Shown here: piece by piece, positions 50,159 to 59,823 of the stretch
Layout: every line of letters starts with the position of its first letter
Numbering within the stretch: position 1 is the stretch's first letter
Source: Chloroflexota bacterium
GTDB taxonomy: Bacteria > Chloroflexota > Dehalococcoidia > JACPEP01
NCBI GenBank assembly: GCA_016183425.1
Contig: JACPEP010000007.1
Span: 2,113-66,112 of the forward strand
Length of the DNA: 64,000 bases
Reading direction: 5' to 3'
The notes under the pieces: model-generated
What the model was told of the DNA's origin: nothing
The model's input: the letters and a program-made list of their open reading frames with translations, nothing else
The model's database searches: none
Translations under genes and position numbers: made by a program

Positions 50159-50623
50159 TTACTTTGATTCAGGGGCCGCCTCGCTTAGGGGCACTATGTT
50201 TCCATCGGGGTCGTAGGCCAGGACATTGGCGCCGCCCCCAGGCCGCTTAGCAGGAGGGGCTACGAATCTAACGCCTTTCTTTGACAGCTCTTCATAAGCC
50301 GCGTCCACACTCTCGACCCTGAATATCATCCTCATGAACCCTATGTCCGTCAGGGTCCAGTTTTCTGGGCGCGGTTTCGAAGGCGGCGAAATAAACTGGA
50401 CTAGCTGAAGTTTCACGGGTGTGGTCTTGTCAACCAGGTTAGCACCCAGAAAGTGTAGATTGGACATGTTGAAGAGCTTTTCATGAAATCGAACGGATTC
50501 GAGACGATCCTTAGTGTCGAACTGGTCTACCACCTTCAGACCCAGCAGATCCCGATAAAAATGGAGCGACCTTTCTAGGTCTTGCACGCACACCACCGTC
50601 CAAGAATATCCCTCGACTTCCAT
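50159..50623 (-). CDS. VOC/glyoxalase family protein
   Basis: VQDLERSLHFYRDLLGL, YDPDGN; usual metal-ligand His/Glu positions look substituted. Confidence 0.8.
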   Translation of the reverse strand: MEVEGYSWTVVCVQDLERSLHFYRDLLGLKVVDQFDTKDRLESVRFHEKLFNMSNLHFLGANLVDKTTPVKLQLVQFISPPSKPRPENWTLTDIGFMRMIFRVESVDAAYEELSKKGVRFVAPPAKRPGGGANVLAYDPDGNIVPLSEAAPESK

Positions 50624-50659
50624 TGCTGAAGGACCTCCTTTCGTCGCTTCTCTGTCTAT

Positions 50660-52285
50660 CTACGCCGTTTTCCACACGCTCTCAAAGAACCAGCGGGGCA
50701 CTTCGATCCCGGGAACGTAGTTGCTCACTTGCTTGCGATAGGCCAACATAATGCTCTCCCAGACTACGGGAATGTTGTAGTAGACCTCTTCGATGATGCT
50801 CCGTTCCAACTGGTTATAGATTCGGCCCCGCTCCTCTTTGTCGTAGGTTTGTTCCCCTTTCTCCATGAGTTGTCTTAGTTCAGGGAAGTCAGCGGAAACA
50901 GCGGCAGCATAGGGTGCCTTGATGGGATGAAGATTGTAGGCCACATGCCAGGCGGGGTCCGGGCCGGTATTGGTACGGCTGAACCTCATCTTGTAGCGTC
51001 CTTGTTTGGATAGGTCCAAGAACTTGGCCCATTCGATATTCTGTATTTTTAGTTTCATCCCCACTTTCGCCACCTGAGCCTGGACCGCCTCCGCCATTTC
51101 CACGAGTTGGGGGTAGTTTGGGCTAGTAAGGGCTTCGATCTCGAGGCCATCGGGATAGCCGCCCTCAGCCAACTTCGCCTTAGCTTTTGCCGGATCGTAG
51201 GGATAGCCCTTGAGACTCGGGTCGTAGAACCAGTAGACGGGGCTGAACTGGCCATGGGCCATTGTATTCAGCCCCTGGAAGACGCTTTTTTGGATGGCTT
51301 CTTTATCGATAGCGTAGGCTAAAGCCTGCCGAACCGCCTTGTTATTAAAGGGTGGCTCCTTGCTATTAATAAAGATTGCCGAGATCCCCGCAGCCGGCTT
51401 GATGACCACCTCTATGTCTTGACTCCTCCTCAAATCTTCGATGAACTTCCCTTCAACTTCACTTAGGAAATCGATCTCTCCCGTCTTCAGCATGGTGGTT
51501 TGCACCACCGTGTCGGGTATGATCTTAGCCACCACCGAGTCCAGATAAGGTAACCCCTTTTTCCAGTACCCATCGAACCTCTTCATGGTGACGTGATCGT
51601 CTTGCAACCACTCCTGGTGCTGGAAGGGGCCCGTGCCCACGCCGTATTTGGTGAGGTCATTGTTGTATTTTTTTGCCGCTTCCGGAGACACCATGGCGCA
51701 CATGCTGTCATTGGCTACACCAGCCAAAAAACCTCCGTAGGGCCCTGTCAGGTTGTAACGGACGGTGTAGTCGTCTATCACCTCCATGCTTTTCACCGCT
51801 TGCTGGAGCCTGCTCTTGCGGTCAGCGAAGGCGGGGGTATCTATGATGCGTTGATAGTTGAACCTGACGACAGAGGCGTTGAAATCCACGCCATCGTGGA
51901 ACTGGATACTCTTGCGGAGCCTGAAGATGAATTTATCCGGCTCTGGTATTTCCCAGGACTCCGCCAACTGATCATTCACCGGATTGGCCTTGTTGTCCAG
52001 CCCAACCAGGGTGTTGTAGAGCTGGTTTCGTGCCATATTGTCGAAATTACCCCCCAGGCTCTTATGGGGTTCCTCGCCGATAGTGCCCTTGGAAGCGACC
52101 CTCAAGATGCCGCCATAAACCGGCCCTGCCTTGGCCGGAGTGGGTGGAGCCTTGGGTGCGGGAGCGCAGCCCGCCAAATAAAGGCCTGCCAAGCCCAAAG
52201 CGCCCGAAACTGCCGACCTTAGAGCCTGGCGACGGGATACCTGTTTAGAAAGAAGCCTACTCCAATAGTGACTTTGGCCTTCCAT
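50660..52285 (-). CDS. ABC family 5 solute-binding lipoprotein
   Basis: YW...SRRQAL...C leader, LAESWE, FHDG, GTGPF, GLPYLD, VRQAL. Confidence 0.9.
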   Translation of the reverse strand: MEGQSHYWSRLLSKQVSRRQALRSAVSGALGLAGLYLAGCAPAPKAPPTPAKAGPVYGGILRVASKGTIGEEPHKSLGGNFDNMARNQLYNTLVGLDNKANPVNDQLAESWEIPEPDKFIFRLRKSIQFHDGVDFNASVVRFNYQRIIDTPAFADRKSRLQQAVKSMEVIDDYTVRYNLTGPYGGFLAGVANDSMCAMVSPEAAKKYNNDLTKYGVGTGPFQHQEWLQDDHVTMKRFDGYWKKGLPYLDSVVAKIIPDTVVQTTMLKTGEIDFLSEVEGKFIEDLRRSQDIEVVIKPAAGISAIFINSKEPPFNNKAVRQALAYAIDKEAIQKSVFQGLNTMAHGQFSPVYWFYDPSLKGYPYDPAKAKAKLAEGGYPDGLEIEALTSPNYPQLVEMAEAVQAQVAKVGMKLKIQNIEWAKFLDLSKQGRYKMRFSRTNTGPDPAWHVAYNLHPIKAPYAAAVSADFPELRQLMEKGEQTYDKEERGRIYNQLERSIIEEVYYNIPVVWESIMLAYRKQVSNYVPGIEVPRWFFESVWKTA

Positions 52286-52363
52286 TTTTCCCCTCCCTCT
52301 TGCTTAAAAAGCTGCTTTCTTGATGTTATCGGGTCTTTTATTCTCGCCCATTGCCGAGCATCC

Positions 52364-53611
52364 TCACGCCAAACGTTTGGCGAAGATTCCCTCCATTCCA
52401 GCGGCTCTGACCCGCTCTTTTATTTTCTGGTAATCGGTGGTATCGAAGCCGGCATTTTTGTAGGTAGGATCGCTCAGGGGAGTGCCGCTCCACTCGTTAG
52501 GCGTCTGGCCCGTCTTCACTACCGACAGAAAATAACCCATCAGGGTGGAGATGGGCATCGGCAGGGGTGTCATACCCAAGGCCGTTCGAGCGGCGTTCCA
52601 ACCGGCCACGTCGCCGGCAAACATGGCTTCGATGAAGCCACTATAGCGACCGGCCCGAAGGCCAGCGGCAAAAAGGTTGGCCATTCCGGTTACCCGCAGA
52701 GTATCATCGTGGGAAGCGTAGAAGCCGGTGCCCACCGTTTGTCCCTCGGCATCGAGAGGCTGCATCATCCAGGCATTTTCAAACCCGGGGATCCGTTGCA
52801 GCCACTTCAAGGGCAGGTTGAGCTTCGTCTTGGCGAAGGGAACGTGGACCACATTGACCAAAGTTCCTTTGATCTTTGCGGTTACCGGCCGATCGGGGCG
52901 GCGCCACTCTTTGGTAAAGTCCATACTCAACAGGTCTTCTGGGATGGGAAAGTAGGAATAGCCACTCTCTTCGTCTTCGATTTTTTGGCGCAAATCCGGT
53001 GAGAGGCTCTCCATGGCGATGAGGCTCATGGGGAAATAGTTCCAGCGATCCTCCTGGTCCGGGACATCCACCAGCGCCGAGAGGCTGATACGGTCTCCGA
53101 AAAGGGGGCAGTTTAGGAGACATAACGCGCAACCTTGGCCCAGACGGTCGCACCATTCCACGCCGCCGGTACGACCGGTGGCGTCCACGAAGGCATCGCC
53201 CTCGATTCGAGTCCCGTCTTCGGTGATAACGGCCCTCACCTTGTTTTCTGACCTGTCGATCTGGGTAACTCTGCTTTTAAGCCTGAACTTTATGCCCGAC
53301 TTTTCAATCAGCTTTGCTATGGCGTTGGCGATCCTGGTTACATCGAAGGTTATGTTGCCGTCTTTCACCCCGAACTCGGTAGTTCTATGAATGGATAGGC
53401 TTTCCATCACCGCGACTATATCAGCGGTGCCGCTTTCCATGAGCCTAGTTTCAGTCCGGGATACCCAGGTCAGTATCTGGCCGGTCCACGGGGCGAGGCC
53501 GGACAAGAAATCCATTCTTTCTACGATCTCCACCTGGACTCCGGCTTTCCGAGCCGTCAAGGCGGCGGTGCATCCCCCCAAGCCCCCTCCGATAACAACC
53601 ACTTTTGCCAT
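52364..53611 (-). CDS. GidA-like FAD-dependent oxidoreductase with Cys4 motif (paralog B1)
   Basis: VIGGGLGG, DATG, CDRLGQGCALCLLNC, AGDVAGWNA. Confidence 0.82.
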   Translation of the reverse strand: MAKVVVIGGGLGGCTAALTARKAGVQVEIVERMDFLSGLAPWTGQILTWVSRTETRLMESGTADIVAVMESLSIHRTTEFGVKDGNITFDVTRIANAIAKLIEKSGIKFRLKSRVTQIDRSENKVRAVITEDGTRIEGDAFVDATGRTGGVEWCDRLGQGCALCLLNCPLFGDRISLSALVDVPDQEDRWNYFPMSLIAMESLSPDLRQKIEDEESGYSYFPIPEDLLSMDFTKEWRRPDRPVTAKIKGTLVNVVHVPFAKTKLNLPLKWLQRIPGFENAWMMQPLDAEGQTVGTGFYASHDDTLRVTGMANLFAAGLRAGRYSGFIEAMFAGDVAGWNAARTALGMTPLPMPISTLMGYFLSVVKTGQTPNEWSGTPLSDPTYKNAGFDTTDYQKIKERVRAAGMEGIFAKRLA

Positions 53612-53638
53612 CACTTTGCCTCTTTTCTATTCAAGAAT

Positions 53639-54889
53639 CTAGCTCAACGGCTTCTGATAGATTCCCATCATACCCGCTTCCTTGATCCGTTCCTTAATAG
53701 TGTTTAGGTCAGTGGAGACCAAACCTTGTTCATGGTATTTAGGGTCTATCTTGCGGTCTCGGGGCCAGTCCGAGGGGGTCATGCCATCTCTTATTTCGGC
53801 GATAAAGAAGCCGATGAGTGTCTTGGGCGAAAGCACAATGGGTTCTTTGCCCAGGGCGACCCTGGTGGCATTGTATCCTGCCAAATCAGCGGTGAACATA
53901 ACCTCCACAAAGCCGGCGATGTGGCCCGTCTTGAGGCCAGCCACAAAAAGATTTTCAAATCCCTTCACCCGTAGGCTATTCTCTCGAGGGGCAACCGCTC
54001 CCATGCGCAGGGGCTGGCCCGTGCCGCCGGCCAATGGGTTCACCAGCCAGGCATTCTCAAAACCAGGCAGCCTCCTCAAATAGTTCAAAGGGATGTTAGC
54101 ATAGGTTTTGGCGAAGGGTATGTGAATTATCTGGATTACTTTTCCCAGGTGGCGGGTAACCGGACGCTCGGGGTGAGGCCACTGACCGGTGAAGTCTATG
54201 TCCTGGAACTCCTGGGGAACCGGGAGATAAAAATACCCAGATTCTTCCGCCTCTATCTTTTTACGTAGGTCCGGGGAGAAACTCTCCATGGCGATGAGAG
54301 AGCAAGACATATAGCTAGGGCTACCCCGCTTTTCGTCAGCCACGCCCGCCTTTGCCGTAATACTGATTCGGCTCCCGAAGATAGGACACTGCACCATGCA
54401 AAGAACGCACCCCTGGCCGTACTGCTCACACTCCTCTATGGTGCTGATCTGGCCCGTGGCGTCAACGAAGGCATCCCCTTCTATCCGAGAGCCATCTTCC
54501 AAAACTATTGTTTCGACGCGCCTGTCTCTCGTCTCAACGTCGATGGCTCGGCTCCGCAGCCTTACTTTGACGCCAGCCTCTTCTAGCAGGTGGCGCATTC
54601 CCTCGGCGAGCCTCGTTACATCGAAAACGATGCTCCCACCGGGGACGCCCATCTCGTAGTAGCGATGGATGGCCAAGGAGTCCAAAAGATTTAAGATCTG
54701 GGCGCCCCCGCCCCCGGTTAGTAGCACCTCTTGTCGGGCGATCCAGGTGAGAAGCTGCCCCGTCCACGGACCCAAACCGGAAAGCTGATCCATCTTTTCG
54801 ATAAGAACAACTTCCATTCCGGCCTGGCGCGCCGTAAGCGCTGCCGCACAGCCCGCAAAACCTCCCCCCACCACCACGACTTGCCGCAT
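53639..54889 (-). CDS. GidA-like FAD-dependent oxidoreductase with Cys4 motif (paralog A1)
   Basis: VVGGGFAG, DATG, CEQYGQGCVLCMVQC, TADLAGYNA. Confidence 0.82.
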   Translation of the reverse strand: MRQVVVVGGGFAGCAAALTARQAGMEVVLIEKMDQLSGLGPWTGQLLTWIARQEVLLTGGGGAQILNLLDSLAIHRYYEMGVPGGSIVFDVTRLAEGMRHLLEEAGVKVRLRSRAIDVETRDRRVETIVLEDGSRIEGDAFVDATGQISTIEECEQYGQGCVLCMVQCPIFGSRISITAKAGVADEKRGSPSYMSCSLIAMESFSPDLRKKIEAEESGYFYLPVPQEFQDIDFTGQWPHPERPVTRHLGKVIQIIHIPFAKTYANIPLNYLRRLPGFENAWLVNPLAGGTGQPLRMGAVAPRENSLRVKGFENLFVAGLKTGHIAGFVEVMFTADLAGYNATRVALGKEPIVLSPKTLIGFFIAEIRDGMTPSDWPRDRKIDPKYHEQGLVSTDLNTIKERIKEAGMMGIYQKPLS

Positions 54890-54970
54890 ATTATAACTCG
54901 CCGAAAGACTCACCAAGCTACGAAAGGTGCCTCTTCAAAGCATTCCTGAGCCGATTTTGTCTTACCGGGC

Positions 54971-56605
54971 TTATTTTACCTTCCACACCCCCTCGAAGTA
55001 CCAGCGATTGTCCGTCATGGCGGGAACATAACCTTGAACCTTGGTGCTGTGGGCCACATAGTTAGCTCCATGCATAATGGGAAGCATCCAGTAGACGTCC
55101 TCCACCATCTTCCGATTCAGCTCGTTGTAGATGCGGCCCCGCTCCGTGGCGTCGTAGGTGGCATCGGCTTTTTTCATCAGGGCGTCGAACTCGGGATTGG
55201 GAACCATTTGGTTGTTATAAGGGGCGCTGCTCAACGTATCGTAAATGGAGTAATAGTAGGGATCGACGCCGGTACTGGTGCGACCAATGAGGGCCTGGAA
55301 ATCGCCTTTCTTCCAACTGTCCAAAAAGACGGCATATTCCACTGTCTTAAGCTTAATCTTTATGCCCACTTTTGCTAGCTGACCCTGGACTGCCTCACCC
55401 AGAGGGATGAGGTCGGGCACGCCACCGCTGACCAAAGCCTCCACCTCGAAACCGTCGGGAGAGCCCCCCTCCTTGAGCTTGGCCCTGGCCTTGTCCAGGT
55501 CGAAGCGGTACATCTGCTCAATGGCGGGGTCGTAGAACCAATAGCTGGGGCTATAGTGGCCGTAAGCCACTGGAGCCAGCCCCAAATACACTCCCTGCTG
55601 TATGGCCTCTCGGTCTATGGCGTAGGCAGCCGCCTGGCGCAGCGCCTTATTGTTAAAAGGCGCTTTCTTCGAGTTTATCGAAAGGCCTCTGAGAACCGGG
55701 ACGGGCCCCCCGGGCACCTTGATGTTAGGATCGTTCTTTAGCTCCAAGACGTCTTTCGACTGCATTTGGGCCATGAAATCGATCTCCCCGGTACGGAGCA
55801 TGGTTATGGACACAGTTGGATCTGGGATCACCTTTACATACAGCTCATCCAGGTAGGGCACCCCGCTCTTCCAGTACCCGGCAAATTTTCGTAACGTGAT
55901 GTGATCATCCTGGAACCATTCGCTGTGCTGGAAAGATCCCGTCCCCACCCCGTTCCGTTTCAAATCGTTGTTGAACTTTTTTACCGCCTCTGGGGATACC
56001 GGTGAGACGAAGTGGTCGCCGGCCACGATGGCCAAGAACCCCGCTGAAGGCGCCGGCAGTTTATAGGCCACGGTATATTCGTCAACCGGCTCCACAGACT
56101 TGACGGACTGGCCTACAAAAGGAGCGCTGGTGGCCTTTGTGGCGGGATCCATTATCCGCTCATAGTTGAACTTCATGAGCTGGGCATTCAAAGGGACCCC
56201 ATCGTGGAGTTTCACCCCTTTACGAAGTTTAAAAACCACCCGGTCTGGCTCCGGGATCTCCCACGACTCTGCCAGGGATGGAACGTGCTTGCCTTTAGGA
56301 TCGATCCAGATGAGGTTGTCATACATATTGTTCCGGACTACGCCATCCAGGTTGCCACCCAACTGGAGAAGAGGGTCCTCCGACAAAGTGGCTGTAGAAG
56401 CAATCCGCAACCTGCCTCCCATAACAGGCTGAAGCGACGGGGTGGGGGAACCAGGGACGGCGGCCGGTTTTGTAGGGGCCGGTTTGGGCGCTGCCGGAGC
56501 GCAACCCAGGAGCGCCACCGTGCCTACACCAGCCAGTGTGCCTCGAATGAGACGCCGGCGAGACAGACGGCGCCGCAACAGGGTGTCCCAATAGTTCTCT
56601 TTCAT
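54971..56605 (-). CDS. ABC family 5 solute-binding lipoprotein
   Basis: Real start MKENYW...SRRRLI...C; LAESWE, GTGSF, GVPYLD. Confidence 0.9.
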   Translation of the reverse strand: MKENYWDTLLRRRLSRRRLIRGTLAGVGTVALLGCAPAAPKPAPTKPAAVPGSPTPSLQPVMGGRLRIASTATLSEDPLLQLGGNLDGVVRNNMYDNLIWIDPKGKHVPSLAESWEIPEPDRVVFKLRKGVKLHDGVPLNAQLMKFNYERIMDPATKATSAPFVGQSVKSVEPVDEYTVAYKLPAPSAGFLAIVAGDHFVSPVSPEAVKKFNNDLKRNGVGTGSFQHSEWFQDDHITLRKFAGYWKSGVPYLDELYVKVIPDPTVSITMLRTGEIDFMAQMQSKDVLELKNDPNIKVPGGPVPVLRGLSINSKKAPFNNKALRQAAAYAIDREAIQQGVYLGLAPVAYGHYSPSYWFYDPAIEQMYRFDLDKARAKLKEGGSPDGFEVEALVSGGVPDLIPLGEAVQGQLAKVGIKIKLKTVEYAVFLDSWKKGDFQALIGRTSTGVDPYYYSIYDTLSSAPYNNQMVPNPEFDALMKKADATYDATERGRIYNELNRKMVEDVYWMLPIMHGANYVAHSTKVQGYVPAMTDNRWYFEGVWKVK

Positions 56606-56622
56606 TTGTCCTTTTCCTCTTT

Positions 56623-57525
56623 CTAGAGACGTTGCACTAACTCTACGAAGTTTCCCTCCGGGTCTCGGCAGATGCAAGCCTTCCAGGATGGACCCGGGAC
56701 CGGTGGCGAGACGAAGCTGACCCCTTGGCTCACCAATTCCCGATAAACTGCTTCCAGGTCCGCCACAACGAGACCGGGCCACTTTACGCCTATATCCCAG
56801 AGCCTGAGGGGCTCTGCCAGGGGCCTTCCCACTGGATACTCCCATTTGGCGATGTCGATACGTCCGTTGCGAGCCTCCAGCTGAGTGTCGGCGAAAAGGA
56901 ACCAGAAGTCTACCTTCGGTCTGGGCAAGGAAAACCAGGTCATCAGGGCCTTCTGCCGCTCTTCTGGGGGTTCTGGTGGGCCGGGGGGGCCCGGGGAGGC
57001 GGTGGCCGGGTTGAGCCCCAGGGTGTCCCGGTAAAAGGCGAATACTCTTTCTTGGTCTATGGTGTTGATGTTCAGGTGGTTGTTGTTGGTGAGCTCCACG
57101 AAGGTGCCGTCGGGGTCTCGACAGAAGGCGACTACGTGGGTGGGGCTGCGACGAAGGGGTGGCGACAGAAAGCGGTGGTAGAGGGAGGAAGGCTGGTTGG
57201 CGTAGAGGGTATCCAGGCCTCGAATGGGGATGCCTATCCAGGTGAAGGCCTGGTCGCAGGCATCCATACTGAAGGGTCTCCCCGGGGGGAAATGCCATTG
57301 AATGAGCTCGAGAAGCCGTTTCGTTGGCTCCCGGGGAGGCTCGGTTTCGAGAAGAACGCTCCTAAGCTGCACTCCCTCCGCTCCGTAGAGTCGATCGTAT
57401 AGCTCTCCGGCTCGTTCTTTATCAGATCTTACTTTCAAACCCAGATAGTCTCGGTAGAACGCCAGGGATTTATCCATATCGCTCACCGAAAGGGCGGTGT
57501 GGTTAAACTCCTGTATCCTCACCAT
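56623..57525 (-). CDS. Two-domain VOC/glyoxalase family protein
   Basis: NHTALSVSDMDKSLAFY, RDPDGTFVEL, HLNIN, RDPEGNFVEL; start refined to MVRIQ. Confidence 0.82.
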   Translation of the reverse strand: MVRIQEFNHTALSVSDMDKSLAFYRDYLGLKVRSDKERAGELYDRLYGAEGVQLRSVLLETEPPREPTKRLLELIQWHFPPGRPFSMDACDQAFTWIGIPIRGLDTLYANQPSSLYHRFLSPPLRRSPTHVVAFCRDPDGTFVELTNNNHLNINTIDQERVFAFYRDTLGLNPATASPGPPGPPEPPEERQKALMTWFSLPRPKVDFWFLFADTQLEARNGRIDIAKWEYPVGRPLAEPLRLWDIGVKWPGLVVADLEAVYRELVSQGVSFVSPPVPGPSWKACICRDPEGNFVELVQRL

Positions 57526-57658
57526 TAGAGCCTCCTTTCCTGCCTCCGTTGCTGCCTCACTGCGGCCGTTTGTAAAGGGTAATAATAGCATAGCCCCCCC
57601 CTCTGTCAAGGCCCTGTACCCCTCCGGCACAGTAGTGACGCCGGCCTCCCTCGGGAGG

Positions 57659-58492
57659 TCACACCGGGCCGGGTATGGGGTGGCGTGAGCAGAAGTCTGC
57701 CAGGGCCTCGGCCATACCACGTGCCGCAGCTTGGTTCTCAAGATGCAGGAAGTGCGTAGCGCCGGGGAGGACAAACCCTTCGGCGTGCGGCAGCCAGTCC
57801 AGCAGGAGTCGGTACGTCTCCTCGAACCGGGGAGAGAGGGCGACGCTCTCGCTGCCGAGCACGGCGAGGACTGGTTGGGTGATACGTCGTGCCTCCGCCT
57901 CGCCGAAGCTCCAGTCCAGCCATCCTGGTAGTTCCAGCTCGAACGAGGTCGCCGCATCTGTCACCGCCTGCACGAAGGCCCCCGGCAGGATCCGGTCGAG
58001 GACGGCGCGGTACCCCGGCCAACGTGCCTGCAGGAAATCGTCTACGATAACCGCTGCGGGTCCCTCCCGGTACCGTTGTTGGCCGCGCACCAGCGAGTCT
58101 CGGTAGGACTGAGCGCTGGCTCCGACTATCAGCGCCGGCTCTAGCAAGGCCAGCGAGTGGACGACCTCCGGGTCGCCCAGCGCGAGCTGGAGGGCGATGC
58201 AGCCGCCTAAGGAGTGCCCGATGATATGCGCCTGCTCCACGTCTAGATGACGCAGCAGCGCACGGCAATCAGTAGCCTGCCGAGCGATGCTAACGGTACC
58301 GGGCTTGTGGCTGCTGCCCATGTAGCCCCGGCGGCGGTAGGTGATAAGCCGGTAACCATGGGCCAAGCTGGGCTCGGCCAACAGGGGCCGGAAAGAGTCC
58401 GCGATGAGCGCACCGTGGATAAAAACCACCGGCTCACCTGAGCCGGAGACTTCGTACTCTAGCGTGATGCCGTTGACAACTGCCTTTTCCAC
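57659..58492 (-). CDS. Alpha/beta hydrolase
   Basis: VFIHG, GHSLGG nucleophile elbow, GATH. Confidence 0.9.
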   Translation of the reverse strand: MEKAVVNGITLEYEVSGSGEPVVFIHGALIADSFRPLLAEPSLAHGYRLITYRRRGYMGSSHKPGTVSIARQATDCRALLRHLDVEQAHIIGHSLGGCIALQLALGDPEVVHSLALLEPALIVGASAQSYRDSLVRGQQRYREGPAAVIVDDFLQARWPGYRAVLDRILPGAFVQAVTDAATSFELELPGWLDWSFGEAEARRITQPVLAVLGSESVALSPRFEETYRLLLDWLPHAEGFVLPGATHFLHLENQAAARGMAEALADFCSRHPIPGPV

Positions 58493-58791
58493 ATGTCCTC
58501 CTCATTGGCCGATAAAACAAGCCACCGGGGACTACCATCATCGGAACCTAGTCCTTGCTGGCCCGACGTCGGGAGGGTAACCCATCTGCGGATTATGATA
58601 CCTGTCCCGGTGATGGCCAAGGAGATAACGAGATCGCCCCACACGTAGAGGTCACCCCACCCGCTGATCTCGTCGGTGAGGATGGCGACCAGGCCGAATC
58701 CGATAGCTGCGGCGAGGGCAGTTACTATCAACGCCCAAGGTCGCCCTATCACCAGCCCGACAATCAATCCCAAAAGAGGCAGCAGGTTCAT
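58459..58791 (-). CDS. Small hypothetical membrane protein
   Basis: Three hydrophobic segments. Confidence 0.5.
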   Translation of the reverse strand: MNLLPLLGLIVGLVIGRPWALIVTALAAAIGFGLVAILTDEISGWGDLYVWGDLVISLAITGTGIIIRRWVTLPTSGQQGLGSDDGSPRWLVLSANEEDMWKRQLSTASR

Positions 58792-58862
58792 GATGAGGCC
58801 ATTCTAACAGGCTTGCGGGGTATGGGCAACTTTTTTGCCGTGGCCAATACTGGCTCACCATT

Positions 58863-58936
58863 CAGTTTGTAGAGTGGGGGGAACCCACCTTCACTTTTTG
58901 TGATGGGTTTCGTTTCGCTTCACCCACCCTACGGCT
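58863..58936. repeat. GTAG...CTAC REP-like repeat, copy 1
   Basis: About 74 bp, near-identical to 60137-60210 and related to 59824-59916. Confidence 0.8.
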
Positions 58937-58969
58937 GGAGACGGCTATGAGCCGGTATAACGCCTGACA

Positions 58970-59074
58970 CGGACCGTGGACAAACGTCGCCTGGTCAGCT
59001 TCCGAAGCTCACTGCCCTCGCCATACCTTGCCCAGGTGAACAAGGCGCTGAAGATCCACCTGAACTTGAAATAG
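58970..59074 (+). pseudogene. MazF/PemK toxin C-terminal fragment
   Basis: RTVDKRRLVSFRSSLPSPYLAQVNKALKIHLNLK*; no start codon or N-terminal half. Confidence 0.65.
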
Positions 59075-59263
59075 GGCGCTTGGTGCATTGAGCCTGGGGT
59101 ATCGCGAGCTAGCGACCTATTACAGAGATCCCCGGGCTAACGGCGCAGAGAACACTCGTGTGGGATAGGGAAAGACTGCATATGCGCCGGATATCCAAGG
59201 GGCACATCAAACTGATTCCAGCGTAGGAGGGCAATCCGAGCCGAGGAAGAATACCTACAGGAA

Positions 59264-59498
59264 TTATCTTCGACCCACAGCTTGTAAGAATTCCTCTTCG
59301 CCAATCTCAAGCTGCTTGATAATATCTGAAAGCAGGTAGGGGCTGATAGTTTTAGCAGGATGAATCGGGATGGGGGGCCCGACGGCAATCCTCACGGTGA
59401 AATATAGCGTGGCTGCCCTTTTGTCGAACCCTCTCGAAACCCAATGTCTGGAGACCTCTAACTACCTCCTTCGCCTTAAGAGAAGGCAGTCTGGTCAT
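59264..59498 (-). pseudogene. hicA: HicA toxin, frameshifted
   Basis: MTRLPSLKAKEVVRGLQTLGFERVRQKGSHAIF, then one extra base around the G6 run at 59372-59377, then IPIHPAKTI...EEEFLQAVGRR*; 235 nt. Confidence 0.82.
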
Positions 59499-59707
59499 AT
59501 AGCAACTGTGACCTTCTTCGCATCAATTTCCTCCGGGATCTCCTCACCCCGCTCTTTGCGGTACTCGAGGCAAAGCTCAAGCACCTCTTTGATATTGGCT
59601 AGGCACTCCTCATAAGTCTCGCCCTGAGCATGGGCTTCCGGGATAAGAGGGCAATTGGCTATATGAAATCCGTCTGGTGCTTTTCTCACGACAACCGTAT
59701 ACTCCAT
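59495..59707 (-). CDS. hicB: HicB antitoxin
   Basis: YTVVV...CPLIPEAHAQGETYEECLANIKE; AGGAGG RBS; TGCTATAAT promoter upstream. Confidence 0.88.
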   Translation of the reverse strand: MEYTVVVRKAPDGFHIANCPLIPEAHAQGETYEECLANIKEVLELCLEYRKERGEEIPEEIDAKKVTVAI

Positions 59708-59823
59708 CCCTTTCCTCCTGACCAACCCCATTATAGCACACTCTCTGAAGAACCCTGTTCCCGGGCTAACGACGCAGAGAATCCGGGTGTGGGATAGACT
59801 CAGGATTAGCATAGCAAGAGTAT

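Noticed and set aside
47590-54889. Calling the flavoproteins mnmG or trmFO
   Set aside because: Four paralogs, a Cys4 insertion, no MnmG C-terminal domain and a catabolic context argue against tRNA modification.
56606-57957. N-terminal extensions of the SBP (to 57298) and VOC (to 57957) ORFs suggesting fusions
   Set aside because: They overlap other real genes; RBS-supported starts exist at 56605 and 57525.
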